Below the pieces are notes generated by a model. It worked only from the letters and a program-made list of their open reading frames with translations, was not told the origin of the DNA and made no database searches. This document shows positions 24,605 through 36,345 of a DNA stretch of 44,784 bases, in pieces. Origin of the DNA: Octopus bimaculoides (lineage: Eukaryota); contig NC_068990.1 of the NCBI RefSeq assembly GCF_001194135.2, positions 83,075,003-83,119,786 on the forward strand, written 5' to 3'. Numbering within the stretch: position 1 is the first letter of the stretch; every line of letters begins with the position of its first letter. The translations under genes and the position numbers were made by a program.

Positions 24605-25620
24605 GAGCTAAAACGGAGGACATTGAGCGCAACTATCCGTGGGAATTGCAAGACATTGATTGCCTCGTTGTTGTAATAAATAAGAAATCCCAAACGTGAA
24701 CGCAAAATTTAGAATCGAGAAATCTGAAACGAAACATGAGAAAGCCTAAAGTTTTAGCAAGTAGGATAGAAAGCAGGTCTCAGCTAACATCAGAGAAATG
24801 GCCGTTTGTAGTGTACTGGAAATAAGTACACAACGGCTCAAACGGTCAGGATGGCGTGACGTGTGATTGCACAAGAGATGTACTAAGATCAGACGCAGAA
24901 TGAGAATAAATAAAGTGTATGCATTGGGCAGATGTACAATACTAGTAAGCAATGAAAATTACTTTCCTGACAATGCATTGAAGACACCTCGTGAAATAGT
25001 TGATGTTTTCTATAATCTACACCATCCAGTCAGCTGTGAAAAGACTGCTCTAAAATCATGGAAACCAGAGTAAAAAAAGTGTGGATAAAATTCAAATAGC
25101 TATTACTACCGCTGTTGCCAACAAGCGGGTGGTTAAATCTTCGAACGGAGAATAAAATTGTATGTCTCTTGTGTACGAAATGCGATGTTTTGTGGCAGTG
25201 AAATGTTGACATTGGATGCAGAGGGTGTCAAGAATCAAAAGAAAAATTAAGCAGTTTTGCAGGATGTTTAATTTTAGTATGAAAGAAAGATTGGATATAT
25301 ATAAGATGACAGAAAAATCCGGTATAAGAGAAATCAGAGTTATAGTGCAAGAGAGAATGATGATTAGGTGTGGGCGTGTAATAACAATAAGTAAAAATTG
25401 GGGAGCAAACAAGCAGGTGGAAGCGAACAGTGGAAGAGGATGATCGAAAAGAACATGGAACACAAATGATGAAGGTTGATCTCAAGAAGATGAATTTCAG
25501 AATGGAGATGAAAAATAAAAACCAGAAGGGGCGAGACACTCTGCTGGACAGGAATCCGTCCAACACAAGCAAGAATGGAAAAGCAGATGTAAAAATATAA
25601 TGGTGATGATGATGATGGTG
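24605..25620 (+). mobile_element. RTE-clade LINE 3' fragment (decayed reverse transcriptase to 3' tail)
   Basis: Collinear frameshifted pieces: YPWELQDIDCLVV (cf. CPWELLYADDLVL), QNLESRNLKRNMRKPKVL, EIVDVFYNL, KLYVSCVRNAMFCGSEML (cf. LYxACVRSAMLYGSETW), EKSGIREIRVIVQERMMIRCGRV (cf. RRLRWYGHV), then a (TGA)n tail. Confidence 0.75.
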
Positions 25621-26844
25621 GTGTGGTAGTGGTAGTGGTGGTGGTGGTAATGCTGGTGGTGGTGGTGGCGGTGGTGGTGGTAGTGGTGGTGATGATCGTA
25701 ATCGTAATTGCGATGATGACTGCTGAGTAGTTTTGTAGAATTTGCCTCATACAAAGTCTTTATTCCGTTTTCCTGTCTCGTATACTCATAGTTCACACCG
25801 TCTGGACCTTACGGAGTCCTCATGCACTCATTTCCAGCACATTGTCTACAACCATTTGCTTGATGGGAACCGAGGCCTGTTTTCTGTCCTACTTTCTTAA
25901 ACTGACGACGATGATGATGGCGACGATGACGATAATGATGATGATGATGATGCTGATGATGGTAATAGCAATGATGCTGGTGATAATGTCCACTAGAATA
26001 TCGCCATCATTTGGGTAAAGACTGGCAAAATTTCAGACAGACAACAGCTGTCAAGTGCTACAAAACAAGATGGCTTGGTCACAGACGGGTTGATTTTCAT
26101 AATAATAACAACAACTCAAAATAAACCAATCTATATTAGAACACAGAATACTACAGAACCAACAAATTTTCCTTAGACACTTGAACTGCTCGAAATAGTA
26201 GCCAAATTTCAGTCAAGAATATGTAATCTTAGACGCAGTGTAACTGAATACGCAGCAATAATATTTATTGATAATTACCATACGATTCAACGCAATATTA
26301 ACTTTGCAATTTTATCGGATGTCAGCTTATGACAGACGCTGTTTTATGTTGAATATGACTGCATATGTATACCTATGTGTTCGCGCGTTTATAAGATTTG
26401 GTTATGCATATTATTTGCATTGCTATATATGTATATGTATGTACATATCTATATCACTCGCTCCTTATGGACACATACACATACGTGTGTTGCATGCGTT
26501 CTGTGTTTGTGTGTGTGTGTGTGTGTCTATACGCAAACACACACACTTAGAAAACTTAGATTAATTGAGATATGTTCCGGATTTTATTGAGTATGACTAA
26601 CCGTAGTGCAAGACTTGATAAAGTTCTTGCAGTGTGATTAAATTGTCTTTGTGTTGCCATATCCCACGCAACTACGAATTGTTGTTGGCCGAAACGCATC
26701 TGTTTATAGCTGTTTTGTCTAGTATACCACGCGGGGAATTTGTCTAGGTATAGTTTGCAGGTTGTGGGGGTCTTTTTCTTCTTTGATTAGCTGTGGGATA
26801 ATTTTTTTAAATGCCAAACATGTTTCACACCAAATAGTAATATC

Positions 26845-26945
26845 GCTACATTCTGAGTTCAAATTCCTCCAAGATCGACTTTACCCGTCATCCTTTTGGG
26901 GTCGATAAATTAAGTACCAGTTGAGCACTAGGGTAAACAATAATT
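26845..26945 (+). mobile_element. SINE family B fragment
   Basis: ttctgagttcaaattcctccaagatcgactttacccgtcatccttttggggtcgataaattaagtaccagttgagcac. Confidence 0.8.
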
Positions 26946-26950
26946 GACAC

Positions 26951-27600
26951 TATCTTCACCTTCATTTTCCATAACGGGGCTATTTCGTACTTAAGAGGGT
27001 TGTGTTTATCTATCTTTTTGCCTTCTTTCTTGACTATTCGTGGGTCAAAGGGTTGTGTAACATGAACTATATAGCATGTGGTGCACCTTGTCCACCACCA
27101 CTAGGTCCGGTCTGTTATACCCTAGCACCTGATCTGTTTGGATTGGGAAATCCAAGAGGAATTTGCTAGTCTCCGACTCCACCTCACTCTGCAGTTTGTG
27201 CTCATACCACGTCTTGCCTAGCCCCCAATTTTCGCACAGTTTCCAGTGTAGCACTTTCGTTACCTGATCGTGTCATCACAACTTGTGGAGGTACTGTGCA
27301 AGTCTAGGGCATTCGTTCATGTTATGGGGGGGCAATGGTTTCATCCACCTTATCGCAGATACAGCACGGTGGAGACACTTGCTCATTCCTAAGGTTGACC
27401 CTCCAGTTCGAGACAAAAGCTTGGTCTTGTGCTGCCAGTATAGTGCTCTCGGTCTCTTTCTTTAGTGGTCCTTTCATCAGCCAATCCCACTTATTTGTTT
27501 CAGCAGCTTCTGTTGTGGCTATATGGAATAGATTCTGTAGGCCATTCTTGTTCTTCAAATGTTTTTGCACCTGTAATTCTTCTTTATGTCCTTTTTGTTC
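26951..27600 (-). mobile_element. R4/Dong-like non-LTR retrotransposon fragment (restriction-like endonuclease region)
   Basis: KWDWLMKGPLKKETESTILAAQDQA, CCICDKVDETI (zinc knuckle start), LHWKLCENWG..WYEHK, DFPIQTDQVLGYNRPDLVVVDK, and QPFDPRIVKKEGKKIDKHNPLKYEIAPLWKMK. This is the canonical order of R4-type RLE motifs, broken by frameshifts. Confidence 0.85.
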
Positions 27601-27610
27601 TTCTTTGTCC

Positions 27611-27622
27611 TTATTATTATTA

Positions 27623-27680
<58 letters not shown>

Positions 27681-27687
27681 TATTATT
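27611..27687. repeat. (TTA)n/(TAA)n trinucleotide array
   Basis: About 25 units visible. Confidence 0.95.
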
Positions 27688-28240
27688 GAGTGAGAGAGCA
27701 GTGCATGCCATCAAAGTGACACTGGGGTAAAATATACAAAGCCCATTATACCCATCATGACTACCCGTCTGATAAGGGTACACCAGGCACATGCATCACA
27801 ACCATATGTGCGTGACATGGTGATCTGATATCAAGATAAATAGCGCATGACCTCGCAGGTGGGACCCTGTTAGAATTTTCTTCAGGTCGAGTAGACAATC
27901 CTGCTCAAAATGTTTCTGATTAAGGGTTGTTTAAGGATGTTGAACGACACACCCTGGTTTCCAAAGGTGAATTATTCAAATCCCAAAGAATTCCTCTCAA
28001 TACATGGCTATAATGCTCCCCTACTATTTCTGCTCGTGATCAGAGATGTACATACCATCATCCACCAAGGAACATGCTCAACTGGTTAAAGTCAAACAAT
28101 TAACAGGCAAATCTCGAGTATTGAGCAGATTGTTTGTTGTAGCTCATGTTTTACACCAAGACAAGACAATGTACATGACAACACTTCCAATCAGTGAAGA
28201 TCCGAAGCCATCAGAACTAGTGCTTGGTTCAGACATTGTA
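27688..28240 (-). mobile_element. Unclassified ~550 bp non-coding interspersed element ending in (TAA)n
   Basis: Complex, less AT-rich block abutting the TAA array sharply at ...ctctctcactc-aataat. Single copy here, so repeat status is inferred from resemblance to a repeat I recall, not shown in this window. Confidence 0.45.
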
Positions 28241-28682
28241 TATATAAATCTCCATTATTTAATGTCTGCTTCGACTTAACTAAAATTTAGCTGTTGTTTC
28301 TAATAGCTCGAATGAGGACAGAGAGGCTAAATAAATGGATTTTTGTCATGCAGTAAAAAGTTGAATTCGGTGTTAGTTGCTGTTGTTGTTTCCTTCCAGA
28401 TCAGTCACACTATCAATGTCAATCCAGCTATGACTATGCCATCTATTTTCTTTCTTGTTAGCATTTAACTGCAGATATATATCTCAAAGCTTCGTTTTTC
28501 GGTACCTAAATGATTGCAAGTCTGTTTGGCAGCAGATGTAAAGAATTTTTAGTATTTCATTTTGAAGCTGTACGTTCATAGTCTTGTTTGATAAAAACGG
28601 TACGGTATTTACTTTAGAGTTTTTGTTGGCACTCAGTAACTCATGACAATTTATAGCAGCATATAATATATACATATGTATA

Positions 28683-28742
<60 letters not shown>

Positions 28743-29014
28743 TATATCTATACATGCATATATGCATGTATATATACATATTTACATACATATATGTATA
28801 CATGTATATGTATCTAATCTCTTATTGCAAGATCAGTGACTGTATATATATATATATACATATATATGTACGTGTATGTGCGTGTGTGTTTATGTATGTA
28901 TATATACACACAAACATGCAGACAGGAAACTCGGGAGAGCGCTTGCCAGCGCATGTGAGTTTCGTATTTGTATGCCTGCGTGTATATATACATATACACA
29001 CATGCATATATATG

Positions 29015-29077
<63 letters not shown>

Positions 29078-29183
29078 ATGTATATATATATATATATATA
29101 TACATATATGCATATCTATATACTACATACATATATTCATAAACGTATACACACGTATATTTACACGTATATGATCATCATCA

Positions 29184-29214
<31 letters not shown>

Positions 29215-29904
29215 CATCATCATCATCATCATCGTCATCATCATCATCGTCACCATCATCGTTTTACATCCGCTTTCCATGCTAGCATACACATACACTT
29301 GCAATATCACTGGCATAAAAATGTCACGAATGGAGCCAATATCGTTCGGCATAATGTCATATATATAGACACATGCGCAAACACGCACACATATTCAAAC
29401 ACACACGCACGCGCACAAGCACAAACACGCGCACACTTAGAGTTGTGCAGACACACAGACATACACACATACACATACATACAAGCACATAGACACGCAT
29501 GCACATGCGCACAATTGGCACATAAATGCATATCCTCATATCCACACATACATATTCAGAGACTTCGTCGTTGGTTACACTGACGGCGACGCCAACCTAG
29601 ATTCCTTCCTGTTAAGTCTTTGAAATTAATGTAGGAAGGAACTAACACTGGATTTGAATCGAATTACTATGCATGTGATTACTCGCTTCTATATATCTAT
29701 AATACCTGTATATATTTACCATTTCGTCCCAAACGGAAACCTCCAGTTCTTTAATGAAAAGCTATAGTTTCCGTCAAAGTACCGTATATATCTTCGTAGT
29801 ACTTCTATAATTTGAAGAATTCTATTTGTTTAGACGTTTCTATAGCTAGCATAGAATGGCAATGAACTAGGCTGAACTATACTCTTTGAATTTCTATTGT
29901 TTTG

Positions 29905-30430
29905 TCTTTTAGTTGTTTCGGTCATTAGACTGCAGCCATGCTCAGACGCTGTCTTGAAGAATTTTAGTCGAATGAATCGTCTTCGGTGCGTTGTTTTTTT
30001 TTTTATTATTATTTTATTTTCTTAAGCTGGGTACTTATTCCCTCGGTCCATTTTGCCAGACTGCTAAGTTACGGGAACGTAAACAAACAAACACCTGCTG
30101 CGAAGCGATGTGAGTGACAAACAAACACACACACACACTCACACACACACATACACATAGGAGAGGTGCTAAAATGTTCCAGGTTTTAAGGGTATCGCAA
30201 TAGGCCAGGCTGGAGGCATAACCTTCCGAGTGCTTTTCAAAGGCTTAGAAAAACTGAGGGACCGCTGCAATCTGAGAGGGGAATGTGGTGAATGAAATCA
30301 TGATTAACAGATTCGCCGGTATATTCTTTTCCCCAAAGCTAGGAACAGCATATCTTCATATATATGTGTATGTATATATATGATAGGCCTCTTCCCGATT
30401 CCGTCTACCAAATCCATTCACAAGGTCCGA
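29905..30430 (-). mobile_element. SINE family A, diverged, interrupted by a mariner MITE
   Basis: 3' half at 29905-30125 (ctgctaagttacgggaacgtaaac), (CA)n, MITE, (TA)n, then CORE-side ttccgtctaccaaatccattcacaagg at about 30400-30425. Confidence 0.75.
30158..30360 (+). mobile_element. Mariner-derived ~200 bp MITE, copy 1
   Basis: Collinear with 32028-32250 (gtgctaaaatgttcc...gggtatcgcaa...ggaccgctgcaa...aggggaatgt...caaagctaggaac). Confidence 0.75.
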
Positions 30431-32027
30431 GATTAAACGACTTCATAGAGATAATTAGATTGTCTCCAGAATTGCATATAGCTTACACCTATGTGAATTT
30501 GAAAGCATGCACCTGGATCTAACACCATATATAGCATTTGGCGGTCTGAGAAACTGCATTTCGCTGATGTAGCTGACTTTTATGGCTATTTGTTTTTAGG
30601 CTAACCAACATAATGGTGACTTTGCAATGATCCATAAATTATGTCACACCGAGATACAAACCATTCCTACAGGTTGCACGTGATACGTATTTTTAGTTGG
30701 AGCGATAAACATTAAAGAAGCGTATTTTATACGTGACTCACAAACTGGATTTATAAGGCTCTCTCTCTCTCACGGAGCCATTATCAGTTTGATTGTTTTG
30801 CTACAGATTTCCTTTTGCATAATAGCATCCAGGATACCGTAGAGATGTATAGCAACGATAAATGATTAGCTAATTTATGATCCTCCTCAATGTATTAAGC
30901 AATCTATCAGAATAGTACGTTCGCAAATTTTGTATCCAGCTTCCAGCTCAGCGCTGCTGGAAAATTACAGTAGGAACCACAAACGTATTAATTAATAACG
31001 AAAATAATTTCAATATAAATTCACGCATTTACTAACAAATCTTCAAAGCAATAGAATGTTAAATTCCACCCTATGGTAGCATATACAACATTCAATAAAT
31101 GCAAACAACTGACGAAACCAAGCAGTTGCTTCTCAGCTCATATCGGTGGCACTTGATTAACACACAAAAGAGTTTGAACTACTTAACGACAATGACAGAG
31201 CTTTGATGATAGCGGCGGAAAATCACAAAATCATTGTCATTGATACTATAAACATGCAGCTTCCTTAATTGCTAATTATTTCAGGTTCAAATGCTATTTA
31301 TTGAAACTTCTCAATGCAGCATTCGGAATGACCAGATGACTGCATCAAAGGGCTAATGAACATTAGCTACTGGAAATTTGGAAAAGCAGACTAATTACTC
31401 CGCTTAAGTGAATCAAATCAGCGCGCATTTAACATCGTCACTCGACCTACTAGAAACAGCAGCCAGATATGCATCAGGTCGTAACTTAGTGTTTTGAAGC
31501 GAAAGAAACAAATGTGTTTACTCGCATGAAAGAAAATTATTTTTTTAATTATATATATATTTAAATTCCGATTTAAAAAATGGTGGGATGATAGCAGAGT
31601 CAACACCAATAATTACAAGTTTATTGAATGAAGGCTGAGCTGGAGCAATTAAAAACCATTATTCGAAACTATTAGTATAGTTTGGTCTGTCTAGTGATTT
31701 TGCAACAGTAGAATGACCATATTGGCAAACTAGTATAAAATTCGAATAATTATAGTTGGTTGATACTACGTGATTTTAAATTCATTTCCCGCATATATAC
31801 TTAGTGCCGGTCAGTGCTATCTTTTATATATTGTATAAGGCGTGCATTTTCAGTCCAAATCACCTGCGGAGGATCTGTGACTTGTTGGTAACAGCGGTAA
31901 TTGTAAATCATCCAGTCAGGTATTATTTCTCCATAGCACGAAATTAGATACGATCATAAGAATTACAATCTTTTGTTCCCATTTTTCACATATATTTCAT
32001 TTCTGACTAGAATTTTTCACACTTGCA

Positions 32028-32250
32028 TATGGAGGGGGGTGCTAAAAAGGTCATGGCTTTCAGGGTATCACAACAGGCTTGGTTGGAAGCCCAACCTTCT
32101 GAGTTCTTTTATAGGGCTCGGAGAAACCGAAGGACCGCTGCAATAAGTGTGTGAATCTAAGAGGGGAATATGTTGAATAAAAGCATAATTAACTAATCCT
32201 CCTGTATTTTCTTTTACCCAAAGCCAGGAACTTTTCAGTGACACCTCGTA
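32028..32250 (+). mobile_element. Mariner-derived ~220 bp MITE, copy 2
   Basis: Imperfect TIRs tatggaggggggtgctaaaaaggtcatggcttt / aaagccaggaacttttcagtgacacctcgta. The interior encodes a transposase C-terminus, KDRCNKCVNLRGEYVE*. Confidence 0.85.
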
Positions 32251-33419
32251 AATATTCCGTTTCTTTGCTTTATATATTTATGCCCGAGGCATATTTACTA
32301 TGGGAGTGCTCTTTAATATTGCGGTTTTTAATTACCAGATCTGGTCGCTAATTTTCATTTGTTCAATCTGTACCTTAAAATCTATTCGAAATGGCAAGTT
32401 GCTGTCATGTCCCATAATTACAACTTTAGTAAATATACTAAATTCTTGTAATCTTACTACAACCTTTAGCTTTCGGTTGCATACACTACTGTCTTTAGCT
32501 TTGTCGCATAATTTGCTTTTAAATATTTTATGATGGTGTTGCAATGCTCTATGTTTCTGTAAAAGAATTCTCTGTACACCATGTCCTCCAGATTGCCCCA
32601 GTTGAAACAATCATGTTTTTCCTGTTCATCACCAAACTTTTTTCTTCACCTTCTGGGTCCCATGCTAAACACTTTACTAATACTTCATCCTGATAGCTAT
32701 ACTCTTCTGAACTTCTACTCTTTGTTCCTTCAGACAAGAACAGGCAGCAATGCTAACTGACTATTAAATGCTCGTATCTCACCATTCTTGCAGGGCCAAC
32801 AAATTCTACCGTCTTCTTTTTTAGTAATCGATACTAAAAACCAGACACAACTCACACACTCTCTTTTAGTTAAGAATTTTTTTCTAAAGCTTAACAATTG
32901 CTTTGTAATTCAGTTTTTACTTGTTAAGTCTTTATTGTGTTACTTCTATTGTCATTTCTCTCGGTGTCATTCTTCGTTCTCGCCGCTGATATAATTATAG
33001 AATAGATCAAGCGATTTAAGTTTGTGGTTATATTTCATCTTCTTGGTGATGATATTTAAAACACCATTGGCTTTCTCTTATGAAGTTTGTTTCTCAACAT
33101 TTTGTCACAGATGTCTCTACATTGAATTTCTTTTTACATAGATCTTGCTTTTGAATTGCTGCTGACGTTGTTTTACTCTTTTCACTGACTTTCTATATAA
33201 TTTCAACCGTCTGGTTGCCGCTTTAATTAGTATGTTCATTATCTAGATATCTAATTCATTAGTGTCACGGAAATAACTTACAGTATTTAGTTACGGCTAA
33301 CTATGTTACGAGCGCAAACCCTGCTGCCTTTTCCAAGTTTACTTTTTACACTTTTGGAGTTGATAAAATAAATCTAATTGTGTGTCAGCTTATTTGAGTT
33401 TGCTATCTTCCAAAACGAG

Positions 33420-33545
33420 CTTCGTGTATCCGTAGCCTTGCATTTTTTCGGGATCGATAAAATAAGTACCAGTTGAGTATTAGGGTCGATGTAAATGACT
33501 TAACCCCGCCCACGAAATTGTTGGCCTTGTGTCAAAATTTGAAAA
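33420..33545 (+). mobile_element. SINE family B fragment, tail type 2
   Basis: gggatcgataaaataagtaccagttgagtattagggtcgatgtaaatgact...ggccttgtgtcaaaatttgaaa. Confidence 0.7.
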
Positions 33546-33818
33546 AATTAATATGAAACTTTTTTGCTTCAGTAAATTCATCTGTATTTCCACTGCACCA
33601 CCTGGGGAACATCCGTGTTCTTGAGGTTTTTACAACATTGTGCTCTTATTTTGATGAGGACTGGGATGATACAGACTCCTGTTGGTTTACTACATCGCTT
33701 TATTTTGATATGTGGTTTCGTTTTTTTGTTCCTTCTTATATTAACGAATGGTCCATTCTATGTGTAGTATGTGTAACATGAGTTGTGTTCTTCTACAGAG
33801 CTTTAAACGTCTATAATA

Positions 33819-33980
33819 CACGAGGTGGTATCAAAACGTTCCGGGAGGTCTAGTTCTGTAGTCCGCCAACAGAAGATGGCGGCACACAATTGCATGTGCA
33901 GCGAATCAGTCAACGTTATTGACTGTACTATAGTTAAAACCATATCTTTCATAAGGTCTGTCCATGAGTTACCTCTTTTA
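33819..33980 (+). mobile_element. Probable mariner left-end fragment
   Basis: cacgaggtggtatcaaaacgttccgg resembles the TACGAGG-type TIR of the MITEs; no matching right end found. Confidence 0.35.
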
Positions 33981-34219
33981 GGTACTGATAACTGTTAGAA
34001 AGCTAAAAACATCGATGTCTGGAAATCCGACGGTGGTGACTCTGGGCAGATGTGGTGTTTTGGCACTATTTTACCATAAGAGAGAATTTTTCGCCGCAGT
34101 AACAGCAGTGAGTTTGCCTTTTAGCAGTTGAAGTACGTCACAGACATATTTTAACGAACCTAAACTTTGAATATATATATATATATATTATGATTGACCG
34201 TTGACTGAACACTATTCAA

Positions 34220-34335
34220 TTTTTTTTCTCCGTGTTTTTCTCCTTGTCTCCGTATTCTTTCTGTTGAAGAGCGTAGCTCGAAACGTCAAAGACTTTCCGT
34301 ATTCCCGAGCGTCATACTAATATATCCTTTTGTTA
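34220..34335 (+). mobile_element. Penelope-like pseudo-LTR fragment (second family)
   Basis: Pyrimidine-rich leader followed by a hammerhead-like motif; truncated by the gap at 34336. Confidence 0.5.
34256..34292 (+). ncRNA. Minimal hammerhead-like motif with variant core
   Basis: ucuuu-CUGUUGA-a-gagc-gua-gcuc-GAAA-c-GUC-aaaga. Perfect stem I (ucuuu/aaaga) and stem II (gagc/gcuc); the core has U where CUGANGA has A6. Confidence 0.6.
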
Positions 34336-34345
34336 NNNNNNNNNN

Positions 34346-34386
<41 letters not shown>

Positions 34387-34769
34387 ATGTATGTATACTG
34401 TATGTATGTATTGTGTGTGTGTGTGTGTGTGTGTAGGAGGTGTATGTGGGGGATTGTAGAGGATGTATGTATGTGTTTGTGTGTGTGCAGTCTCTAGTAG
34501 CGCTGTATTCTTTATGTTTTGTACACCTACACATCGCGATGTTTTGGTTATATATTAGTTTCTTTTTCAATCGTTACATTTTCATTGTATCTATTTCTAG
34601 ATTATTTTGGACCGGCACATCGATAACAAAGCATTATCCGGTTAATTAGCGTTGTCTCTGTTGATTGGCATTTCCAGCGAATGGTCGCTTTGACATTCAC
34701 TGATTATCTTTTTTCTGGTGTGTGTTTACATCACCTAATGTCTGGTGTTGTTTAATGATAATAATAATC

Positions 34770-35095
34770 GTTTCTTTATTAGACACAAGGGCCGGACTCA
34801 AAACTAGGGATACGTGGGGTTTAACACTAAAAATCAAGTAAACAATAAAATAACAATGACAATTAACTACAATTAAACAATAAAACTTCCCCAAAAGTGG
34901 ACAGTTCCACCCAGGAACAATCGAGTAATCCCACACGTCCTGGTTATCCTGATCGTCAGGTGTACCTCAGCTGGCGCTTCTCTCCTTCTCAACTTCTCCG
35001 GTTTACAAGCGAAAGTTCAGAGTAGGCCCATTTACACGTGCCATTCTTGCCACATTCACCCACCTTTTAACAAAAACTTCCCTCTCTACGAAGGT
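34770..35095 (-). mobile_element. L1/Tx1-like LINE 3' end (ORF2 C-terminus and 3' UTR)
   Basis: Minus strand VEREVFVKRWVNVARMARVNGPTLNFRL* (stop at 35003-35005), T-rich UTR, and AATAAA near 34775. The clade is assigned from recalled resemblance. Confidence 0.55.
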
Positions 35096-35459
35096 AAATT
35101 GACAATAAGAAGAGCGCGATGCGATTTGTAATAGATTGTTTATTTAACAGTTTGAACAATATTTCAACAGATCGTCTGTTTACTTCAGGTTCAAAATGCA
35201 AAATGAAAAATACACAGATACACAGAAATTCAAAATATAAACGAGGAAATCATACGTTCTTATTTAGGTTAAATGACGTCATCAGTTTTCATTTCTACGA
35301 CTGGTAAAAAGATAAAAGAAGAAAGAAAAGAGAAAAAAGAAATAGGAAAAAGAATACTTAGTCGAATAGTTTTGTGTAAATGTGATGATATTCACCTGCC
35401 ATCTTATTCATTCCTCCAAGGCGTGATGTCAGTGATTCACAACTACATTTGTCCTAAGG

Positions 35460-35880
35460 TATTTTGAGAACTGAAAGTGGAATAGAGTCAGAATGTTTTC
35501 TGAGAATGTGCGCTTTTAGGTGTTCTTCGAAATTGCAACCGTATCATGTAAAACGATGGAGACATTCTGTCGAACTATTGCTAGTGTACTACACTTCCTA
35601 CCTACGCTCATTGAAACTTTTGTTTAATTGTTCTGTCGTACAACCAACATAAATAAAATTGTGTCTGGTGCATTCTGCTACGCATATGAAATGGGTATCA
35701 TTACACCTCTCACCTTCTGTGTAAATCACATTTCTGTTATGATTTGTGATAGAACTGACATGACTTATGTTGTTGCATAATGAACAGGGCTTAACTCTCT
35801 TTTGGCTGTTTTTCAAGGTGCAGTGTTCAGAAACTCCAATGGTAGTTTTCATGGGGTTAGAAGTAGTGGTTAATGTCTCT
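35460..35880 (-). mobile_element. Penelope GIY-YIG endonuclease fragment
   Basis: ORF 35598-35852: PCSLC...RCNDTHFICVAECTRHNFIYVGCTTEQLNKSFNERR fits the Penelope pattern C-x-C...VIY...C..C..YVGxT...L..RF.EH. Downstream CNFEEHLKAHIL continues it in another frame. Confidence 0.7.
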
Positions 35881-35948
35881 GCTATATTTTTATTGCATCT
35901 AAAGGTTACAATAAGCTGCTGAAGGAATATGTATTTGAAACGAAGATT

Positions 35949-36098
35949 GGCAGGAGTGGCTGTGTGGTAAGTAGTTTGCTTACCAACCAGATGGTTTCGG
36001 TTTCATTCCCCCTGCGTGGCACCTTGGGCAAGTGTCTTCTACTATAGCCTCGGGCCGACCAAAGCCTTGTAAGTGGATTTGGTAGACGGAAACTGAAG
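35949..36098 (+). mobile_element. SINE family A 5' half
   Basis: ggcaggagtggctgtgtggtaagtagtttgcttaccaacc...gtggcaccttgggcaagtgtcttctactatagcc...ggtagacggaaactgaag. Confidence 0.9.
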
Positions 36099-36345
36099 AT
36101 GAGAGACAGTGATATCCTTGAAGACCGAACGCGTGAGACTGAACATTTCCGATAGGGAGTCACTTACTCTAGTCACCGAAGAAATATAACTGTATATCAC
36201 AGTGAACGAGCTTCTTGGGATGGACCCGAAAGTAGTCGACTTGTGCAATGCCAACCGGTATGAACGGTGGACCATGTCGAAAGCTTTCCATTGATCTAAA
36301 TTCATCATAACTTACTCATACCGGAGGTCTTACCTATGATGTATT
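36099..36345 (-). mobile_element. L1/Tx1-clade reverse transcriptase fragment
   Basis: MNLDQWKAFDMVHRSY...GSIPRSSFTVIYSYISSVTRVSDSLSEMFSLTRSV matches LDQxKAFDRVDH...W...Y....S.V.VNG.LS..F...RSVRQG of L1/Tx1 RT. Confidence 0.8.

Noticed and set aside
25364-25796. Poly-Thr / poly-His ORFs
   Set aside because: Antisense reading of the (GAT)/(GGT) array that extends the RTE tail.
26660-26700. ggccgaaacgc resembling the second half of a hammerhead
   Set aside because: No upstream CUGANGA and no stem I.
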